A stretch of 64,000 nt of DNA from Eledone cirrhosa (taxonomy: Eukaryota): assembly GCA_964016885.1 (NCBI GenBank), contig OZ024741.1, positions 364,312,001 to 364,376,000 on the forward strand, written 5' to 3'. This document shows positions 55,088-64,000 of this stretch, piece by piece. The notes beneath the pieces were generated by a model, which saw only the letters and a program-made list of their open reading frames with translations, was not told where the DNA came from and searched no databases. Position 1 is the first letter of the stretch. Each line of letters begins with the position of its first letter. The translations under genes were made by a program, and so were the position numbers.

Positions 55088-55899
55088 TGGAAGAAGTTTA
55101 GGGAACTACTACCACTGCTAGCTGCAAAAGGCTTCTCCCTCAGAATGAAAGGCAGACTGTATGATGCGTGTATCCGAACAGCGATGTTGCATGGTAGTGA
55201 GACCTGGGCGCTGAAGGTGGAAGACTTACGTAGATTAGAGAGAAACGAAGCCTGCATGCTCCGATGGATGTGTAACAGTAATATACGTGAACGACAAAGC
55301 ATAAATGAATTGAGAGAGAGACTGAGCATAAGAGGAATCAAATGCTGCGTGCAGGAGAGGCGTTTACGCTGGTATGGACATGTGATGCGTATGAAGGATG
55401 ACAGCTGCATAAAAAGGTGCAGAGCACTAGAAGTTGATGGAAACCGCGGAGTGGGGAGACCCAAGATGACTTGGGATGAGGTGATAAAAGCCGACCATAC
55501 CCAACTACACCTCTCAAAGTCAATGACACACGACCGTGACTTCTGGCGTCACGCAGTAATACAGGGTACCCGACCTCCCATGGGTACATGCTGAAGCATA
55601 TAAACAATATGCCCCCCCCCCCACCGCAAGGTGGTCGTGGAGGTGCCACGGCAAAAAAGCACCCAGCCCACACTGTAAAGTGGACGTGTAGGCGCCACGA
55701 AAAAGCACCCAGCACTCACTGTAAATGAGGTTGGTGTTAGGAAGGGCATCCAGCTGTAGAAATCAAGCCAGATCAGTTCCTGTATGAGCAAGGCATGGTC
55801 AGCCGACCAGACACTGCCCACAACGGGACAACCCGTCTAACCCATGCTAGCGTGGAAGAACGGACGTAAAACGGTGATGATGATGATGATGATGATGAT
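55088..55899 (+). mobile_element. 5'-truncated RTE-clade LINE, related subfamily
   Basis: WKKFRELLPLL...RRLRWYGHVMR...GRPKMTW, stop at 55594, 3' UTR and (GAT)n; begins in (TA/TG)n. Confidence 0.92.
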
Positions 55900-56313
55900 A
55901 TGTGTGTGTGTACATGTGTGTGTATATATATATATGTGTTTAGAGCATTTGGCTTGCAATTGAAAGGTTGTGAGTTCAATTCTCAGACCGGGTGATATGT
56001 TGTTTCCTTGAGCAAGACACTTTATTTCACATTGCTCCAGTTTACTCAGCTGTAGAAATGAGATGATAGGGACTGGAATCCCTATCATTCCACTGCAAAG
56101 TGGTCGTGGAGTTGCCACGGCAAAAAAGCACCCAGCACTCACTGTAAATGAGGTTGGTATTAGGAAGGGCATCCAGCTGTAGAAATCAAGCCAGAATCAG
56201 TTCCCGTTCCACCCTTGCAAGCAGGGAAAAAGCGGACGTAAAATGATGATGATGATGATGATGATGTGTATGTGTATATATATGTGTGTGTGTGTGTGTG
56301 CATATATATATAT

Positions 56314-56354
<41 letters not shown>

Positions 56355-56412
56355 TAAGTGTATCCTGGGTTAAATCGCGGGTAACCACAGTAAGTAAGGT
56401 TCTCAATACATA

Positions 56413-56462
56413 GCTTTCCTGATGATTTCTCTCGAATAAAACAGTTCTAGTCCTGTAGAAGC
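56413..56462 (+). ncRNA. Degenerate hammerhead ribozyme, probably inactive
   Basis: GCUUUC CUGAUGA UUUC-UCUC-GAAU AAAA CAG-uucuaguc-CUG UA^ GAAGC. Stems I and III and a GUA triplet are present, but GAAA reads AAAA and the base of stem II is mismatched. Confidence 0.5.
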
Positions 56463-57045
56463 CATTTTTATTATAATGTGTGTATGTGTATGTACATATA
56501 TACGATGAGCTTCTGTAGTTTTCACCTACCTAATTTCACTCGCAAGGCATGTACAGAAATAGTGGCCTTGGCCTCTGGTGCCTGGTCTTTCATCTGTAAC
56601 CTCTTGCTGTGTCCTCATCAACAAGGTTCTCCAAAACCCAATGGAACCCACTGTGATAAGGAACGTGAGGCACTTGCGAGTGTACATGTACATGTATTTT
56701 TACACTATCAACCCTAATTTACCTCCTAACTGCATCAGGCTACTCGTTAAACACATAGCCATGCCCGATGAATATTTTAAAGTTTTAATTGTACAGAACA
56801 TAAGGAGCACTCATGAATTGTTTTGCATTCTTTTATTCTTCTATGTGTTTTAGTCATTTGACTGCAACCATGCTGGAGCACTTCTTTAAAGGAATTTAGT
56901 TGTTGACATTAACTCCAGCATTTCTTTCTTTCATGTCTTGTACTTATTTTATCAAGTGTTTTTTGTTGACCTCTATGTTAGGGTACATAAACACAGGCAT
57001 AAATATTAACATAGATATGGTCACACTCACACACACACACACACA

Positions 57046-57079
<34 letters not shown>

Positions 57080-60000
57080 CTATAGAATGGGTTGCTGCTT
57101 CTGCCTATCAAATTTCTCTCATAAGGCATTGGTCAACTGTGGTCAGTGAATCACAACCACCCGAAACCACGTGTTTGCAAAGAAACCTCCTTAGCCACAC
57201 AGCCATGCCTGTGACTATTAGTAACTAAAAGAAAAAAAAAATCTTAATAACCAAATACTTTAAAAAAAGGAAGATATATCTAAAAAGCTGTTTTTTTTTC
57301 TCTTTCCTTTATAATTAAGTTGCATTTCTTCTTACAATTATAAATGTTTAGTAACTTAGAGAATACAATATCTCTTTCTAATCCATTAAAGAAATCATTG
57401 GTGCAATGACTTATGGTATGTAAATAGAGATATATTTCTAATGAAAAAATGCAATGAATTTTAGTATAAACTTATCGATATAGTTGACTATTATTTGCAT
57501 TTAATCAATATGATTTAAGTTGTCTTTTCTTTTGATATTGTGCTTGTTCTAATGTTAAGTTCCTGACAACATATCAATCTTCAATCTTTTATATTGTGCT
57601 CTAAGCTCTTTTATTGATTTACTCCCTTCATAAAAGGACCTACATTAAGATATTGTCCATATTAATGTTTTGTTGTTGTTTTTTGTATTGTTTGCCAATA
57701 TATCATGTGGTGTATTTTGTGTATTTGGCATTTCGAGAAATGATTTAAGCAATGTGACTGCTTGAAATTAATTTGACATATTATGCAATTATGAATAAAA
57801 ATGATAGATTTTAAACATTTTTTTAATAATATTTTGAAAGGCAGTCAGAAATATGCCACAATGTATAAATATTTAAGAGTACATGGCCTAGTGGTTAGGA
57901 TGTTCGATTCATGATCATAAGGTCGTGGGTTTGATTTCTGGATTAGGCTGTGCATTGTGTTCCTAAACAAAGCACTTTATTTCACATTGCTCTCTTTGTC
58001 AAGAATTGTAACCAGAATAGAATATAATCAATGGAAAGACCAGTAGAAACAATGTTTCTTTGGTCTAATTTGAAGATCAGCTTATCTTTTTTTTTTTTAG
58101 TTGCAAACAAGCTTAGAGGCTGCTATGCCCCCGTCCAATCTAAGTCTATACAAAGTGAGTAAAATGATGAATTGATAGTTCATAGGTCTATATTCAATAT
58201 ATTATACTGCTTTACATATTTCTTTTTTATGTATTTGGCTCCTGTCTGTATCTAGGTGGTACACTGCATCCCTGCATGTTGTAAGAAAAGATGAAAAGGA
58301 TTAATATCAGGAAGGGAACCCATCCATAATAAAGACTGTCATGGAGCCTGGAAGTCTAACCCCTGCTTTAGCTGGAAAAATGAGCCCTAAAACACTTGAC
58401 ATGTTTGTTGTTGATAAAGTAGATTATTTAACATCATCATCATCATGTGCATCTGTTTTCCATACTAGCATGAGTTGGATGGGTTGTCATTGTCAGAGAG
58501 TAGACAGGTTAGGGGAACAAACACATTCTGCTCACATGTTCTATTTTTAGCATGATTTCTACAGATGGCTGTCTTTCCTAATACCAACCACTTTACAGAA
58601 TGTACTGAGGGGTGGCATCACTATCACTTGCAGATTGTACTGGGTACTTTCTATCATGAAGTCAGCATGAAACTTTACAAAGTGAACTGGTTGTATTTCA
58701 TTGTGACACCATCACCACCATTTCCATAGTGTATAGGGTGCATTTTATCATGGCCCCAGCACAACCACTTAGAGAGTATACTAGGTGTATTTTATTTTGG
58801 CACGAGCACTAGAGAAGTCTTTGTAAACTCTGCAATGCTGGAAAATAAGGACCATACATATAAATGTGTAAAAGTAACTCTGTCTTCTCATACTTAAAAA
58901 ACATGCCTCATTATGAGGTATTTATTTTGGCAGCTTTGTAGCATCTTGGTTGATGGGAAATTGGGGAGATGGCAACTTTGTGGAAGCCTGTTGGATGGAT
59001 TCTACCTGTAATTTATGGGCCTGCCTTGTCATAGTGTGTCACACTGAATCTTCCAGAGGAATTGAATTAATGGTATATGTGTCTTTGGAGTACTCTGTCA
59101 TTTACATGATAATGTTATTAGTAGTCTGTTCAGTTGATTGAATAACTAGATCACTCTTCATCAGAACCAACGGAGGTCCATAAGGCTTTTAGATAAATAT
59201 AAACACTTTAAAAGCAAACAGCTTTGTATTACAGAACTAGGGATGGTTTCATACAGTTTGGAATTGAAAGGGTTTAAACTATCAAACTAACAAGCCAAAA
59301 TAAAAAAAAGCTGATGTCACGTAGAAATCTGTTTCACATGGAGAGTACCACATATCTCAGTATTTAGTTAATGAAAGGTAATGTTGAGTTTCTCTGAGTT
59401 TAAAAGCAGATGAATGAACTCAGATGGAGGCCATAGTGATTTCTCAGAATTGTATTTTGTAAGTGACTTGATCTGAGACTGTATCTTTAAACTAAAGTGA
59501 CTATTTAATGGAAGAGTAATTTTAGTCAATTAAAAGACACCCCAAAACTGTTATATCCTCTTTTCTGTAAAAATATCTAAGTGACCAGGTTGCAAAGAGT
59601 GTGATGAAAATTTTGACCCCATAAATGTAAAATGAATATAGCAGTTTTTATGTTTTCTTTGAATGGCTAAAATGACTCTTCCACAATATAAAGATGCTTT
59701 TACTTATGTTAATGCCAATATCATTGATAGGATTTGTATATCTTTCTGAACTAGTTTTATGTTTAAAACACCTAATAATTTATGTAAAAATTATTTTAAC
59801 TGGTCTATAAATACATCAAGTATTGTTTCATATTAAAGTTAGTGTTAGCCTTGCAAGCCTCATGACAGGTTAAATCATATATGTTATAAGGTCCTTTCTG
59901 AAGGAAATATTTTATTGACCAATGGCCTTCTTGGAGGTAACCTTTTTAGCCACCTCTTTTAATATACATGCCAAGCTATCATCAATGATTAAAGAAATAT

Positions 60001-61752
60001 AATTGTTTATTTTGGCTGAAACTGTGGTGTTTTATTTAGTAACAACATATGTACCATATTCAAAACTTTTAAAACTTATTCTCTTGCTCACCCCCCCCCC
60101 CCTCTCTCTATATATATAGTCTTGAAGCGATGATTTCAATGAGATCATGCAATGGGAGCTATAGTTGTTGTAGTAGGCTCTCACTATATAAGGTTCCATT
60201 GAAGATTCTAATAAGAGCTACAGAGTCTATATAACCAAATCAAAATGTGGGTTCCTTCTTGCCTTGTTAGCAACGTCTGAAGAGCTTGTGAACAGTCACA
60301 ACATTTTTCTTGTTGGCATCATTTTTTAAAGCTAAAATGGGGATTAAATGAGAAATGCATGAAACTTATGTGAATATCTCCACCAAGGAGATCTGAATTA
60401 ATGACAAGATCGACATTATCTGTTGTAGTGTGTGATACAAAACAATATTTATTATAATAAAAATAAAATTCATAAAAAGGCCAAAAACAAATTTTCAAAA
60501 TTTGTTTAAAAAAAAACTGCAGAGATAATCTCTACACCCATAAAATGTGTGTATGTGTGTGTATACACGTTTGTCTATGTATATAAACAAGCTCTATAGT
60601 CTTTGCTGGGAGAATGAGAATAGACTGTAAAATTCCGTTATATCGAAATTCATGGGGTATAAAAAAAAAATTTGTTGTTACGAAAAATCCTTATAACGAC
60701 AAATCGAGCATTTGTTTATTATCTCGGGAATAGAAAAATTGCATTTGTTGAACATGAATTCAATGCGTCTGCGCTAACTACATGGAAGTGGATTGATGGA
60801 TGGACACAAAATGTAAATTATTAGTAAGATATATATATATATCGAACTGCCAAAGTTCATCTTAACTGTTGACGACCTTGGAGTTCTGTCTTTCATTTGT
60901 ATTTTTATTTAAAAAGAAATTTTCAAAATAATTTGTTTCATTTTACCTTATTTTCATTTATTGTCTTGTCTTCCCTTTGTTAATTTGTCTAAGTTTATTA
61001 AATATATATATATACATATACACTGTAAAGCTGCCAGTCTGCACTGTAAAGTTGTGTTGGTGACATGAAAAAAAACACCCAGCCCACACTATAAAGTGGT
61101 CATGTTGGTGTCCCAACAAAATGCGCTCAGTCCATGCTGTGAAGTGGTCATTTCAGTGTCCATGATAACAAGTATCATAACACTGTAAATGTGGTTGGCA
61201 TTAGGAAGGGCAACCACACATAAAAACCAAGCCAGAAACAGTCCTGTTTGATCAAGAAATGGTCATCTGACCAACAAATCTCTAATCCATGTTAGTGTGG
61301 AAAAATGAACATTAAACAATCATGATAATAATACTTACACACTCAAAAACTCACACTCACACAGTTGTGTATAAGTTGCACTGTGCTGGACCTCCATTGG
61401 TTCTGACTGTGTTCCAGTTGTTTGATCAATGAAACAGCCTGCTTGGGAATTTCACATGCAAGTGGTTGAGCATGCCTACACTTAACATAATTCTCATGAA
61501 AATTCTGCATGACAAAGCTGATTCTTTGAATTATAGGTTCAATTGATTATGCCAGCTCACTTGGCTGGAGCAATGTGAAATAAAGTGTCTTACTTGAAGA
61601 CACAATGCATTGCAAGGAATCAAACTCATGACCCTGTGATTGTCAGCCAAACACCCAAATCCCTAAATCTTGTACTTTCCTATACAATGTAGAGGAGTCA
61701 CATCCCTGTTTTACATATAAGGCTTTGTAATATGGAGAACTTCATTAAATAA

Positions 61753-61935
<183 letters not shown>

Positions 61936-62116
61936 TAGATAATTTTATATCTCATTTATAGACTGAATCCATCATATGTTCATTTTTGTACTGTATATAA
62001 TTTTGATATTAATAGATTTGTGCTGTTAATAATGATGGTAATAGCCTTGAATGTGTTTAATCTTTAGTGTCCAGGATTGGTATGCCATATACACCTAGAT
62101 TACTGGATATATGAAC

Positions 62117-62700
62117 CATCTTCATCATTTTACATTGGCTTTTTCATGCCTGCATGGGTTGGATGAGTCTTTTCCAGCACAGCATTCCTCCACCCATTAC
62201 AGTCCTTTGTCATCTCCTCTGTGAGCTTCAGCAATTTGAGGTTAGCTCTTATAACTTCTGCCCAGATTTCTCCTACCATAGCTTTCTTATACTGGGATTT
62301 CTTGGCACATCTTCACCCAATGATCATTATCAATAAGAATCACATGTCCATACCAGCACAATCTCTCTCCTGTACAGTACATCTGATTCCTCTTAGGCCC
62401 AACTTATCTCTTAGCTCAACCATGTTTTATGTCATTCACACATATTAATAATGTACATCCATCAAATCATGCTCTCTTCATTTCTCTCCAGCTTTAGCAT
62501 ATCCTCTGCATTTATTGCCCATGTCTTACTACCATGCAATATCACATATTGCATGGTATACATCACATACAGCTGGCTCTTCATTCATAGAGGCCATAAT
62601 GGAGGAGATTATAACTAGCTGTTCATGGGAACTTCTATATGCTGATGACCTGGTTCTTATAACCAAATTGGTGGAAGAGCTAAAGAAGTATGGAAACTAA
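62117..62700. mobile_element. Old RTE fragment: 3' part on minus strand (about 62117-62580) joined to a plus-strand YADD fragment (about 62585-62700)
   Basis: Minus part resembles the RTE C-terminus and tail; plus part translates EAIMEEIITSCSWELLYADDLVLI. Confidence 0.7.
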
Positions 62701-63081
62701 AAGACAATGATAAAAAGATTTGTGTTTTGATAAAGTAAGGGTTTACATGAGAGCGACCCTATAGTTTATGTTGATTACTGATATGTGGAAGTGATTAAAG
62801 ATAAAACTGTTAATTTGATAATTTATCTCTAGGATATATTTACATAAATATTCAGCATGTATGTAAAAATGACATACAGATTAACTGTATGAATAATGTT
62901 GGAAAAAGTATTTACAGGGACAAATGTAAGGTTAGAACCCAGGAGCTTGTGACTGGAAAGCAAAGTTCTTATTATAGTAACATGACTGAAATAGGAATTG
63001 CATTGTATGTGTACATTTCAGGGTACATTTCAGAGTGTTATAAAACAGATATATATATATTGTAAACTAAGTAATACTAAA

Positions 63082-64000
63082 TAGTGTCATACTGAATGAT
63101 TGGTGCAGCAGCATCATTGTCAACTGCTACAAGGTTAAAGGAGATGCACTAGATAGAGGAAACTATAGAGACATCAAGCTGATGGACTAGGTCATGAAAG
63201 TAACAGAAAGAGTTATAGTACAGCTGATTAGAGACTGGGTTTATCTAGATGAGATGCAGTTCAAATTTGTGCCAGGTAAAAGCACCACAGATGCTTTCTT
63301 ACTTGTGAAGCAGCTACAGAAGAATTACGTAGCTAAAAGTAAGCCGCTCTACCTGGCATTTGTTGATCTGGAGAAAGCTTTCAACAGAGTTACCCATGCT
63401 TAGAAAACTAGGAGTAGATGAGTGGCTTGTGAAGGCTGTACAAGCTATGAATAGGGGAGCAGTCAGCAAAGTTAGGATTAACAACAACTATAGCGAGGAA
63501 TTTAGTGTTCAGGATGGCATCTACCAGGTTCTTAGCCCTCTCCTGTTTATTATTGTACTGCTGGCTATAACAGAGGAGTTTAAGATTGGCTACCCATGGG
63601 AACTTCTCTACAAAGAGGATCTTACACTCATAACTGAGTCTATGGCAGAACTAGAGAACAAATTCTAAATCTGGAAGCATGGCCTAGAAAAAATGGGTCT
63701 TAAATTTAACCTGACAAAGACTAAGGTCCTTGTAAGTAGAAGGGAAAACAGAGCCCTGATTCCCTCGGAGAAATGACCTTGCTCAATGTGTTAGTAGAAA
63801 TTCTACTAGGTGTTAGTAGAAATTCTATCCTCTGTCTCAAATGCAAACTATGGGTACACAACAGATGTAGTGGGATCTCAGGTAGTTTAGCTAAAAACGT
63901 AGGCTTTACACGTAGCCATTGCACCGGAGCAGTAAGCAGTAAACGATCACAGAAGACAAGCACTATCAAATTCTGGGAAGGTTCAGTAGAAGCAGTAGAC
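63082..64000 (+). mobile_element. Decayed RTE-clade LINE RT region, runs off the window
   Basis: DALDRGNYRDIKL, STTDAFLLVKQLQ, AFVDLEKAFNRV, VLSPLLF, PWELLY; frameshifts, stops and an internal ~21-bp duplication. Confidence 0.9.

Noticed and set aside
58575-58810. Periodic repeats superficially like a CRISPR array
   Set aside because: Eukaryotic context, degenerate units, no unique spacers or cas genes; derived from RTE/SINE tail subrepeats.
60624-60850. Possible Tigger-like element end (ctgtaaaattccgttatatcgaaatt)
   Set aside because: No matching second TIR or TSD identified, so not listed as a feature.

Overview
This is AT-rich eukaryotic DNA dominated by (TA)n/(CA)n/(GAT)n microsatellites, tRNA-type SINEs, RTE/CR1/Hero LINE fragments and many TIR MITEs. 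The repeat mix suggests an octopus/coleoid genome (inference). The only host coding sequence I can support is one 95-nt internal exon at 61808-61902 (+) encoding [32 protein letters not shown], the second coding exon of a BRSK/SAD-1 kinase. I did not see the first coding exon, so most of the window is probably one very large intron. The most interesting signal is a set of short, ORF-less elements sitting in or next to (TA)n tracts that carry type I hammerhead ribozymes (HHR). Two are complete and have palindromic stem III (31282-31350 +, 41668-41722 -). One is degenerate (56413-56462 +). Two are half-ribozymes, one of which forms a perfect 89-bp palindrome (34721-34809). Several have inverted terminal pieces and share a GAG(T/C)RC motif, a Penelope-like/retrozyme-type architecture. 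Almost all ORFs in the supplied track are microsatellite or antisense-LINE artefacts. Coordinates of degenerate repeats are approximate and were read by eye.
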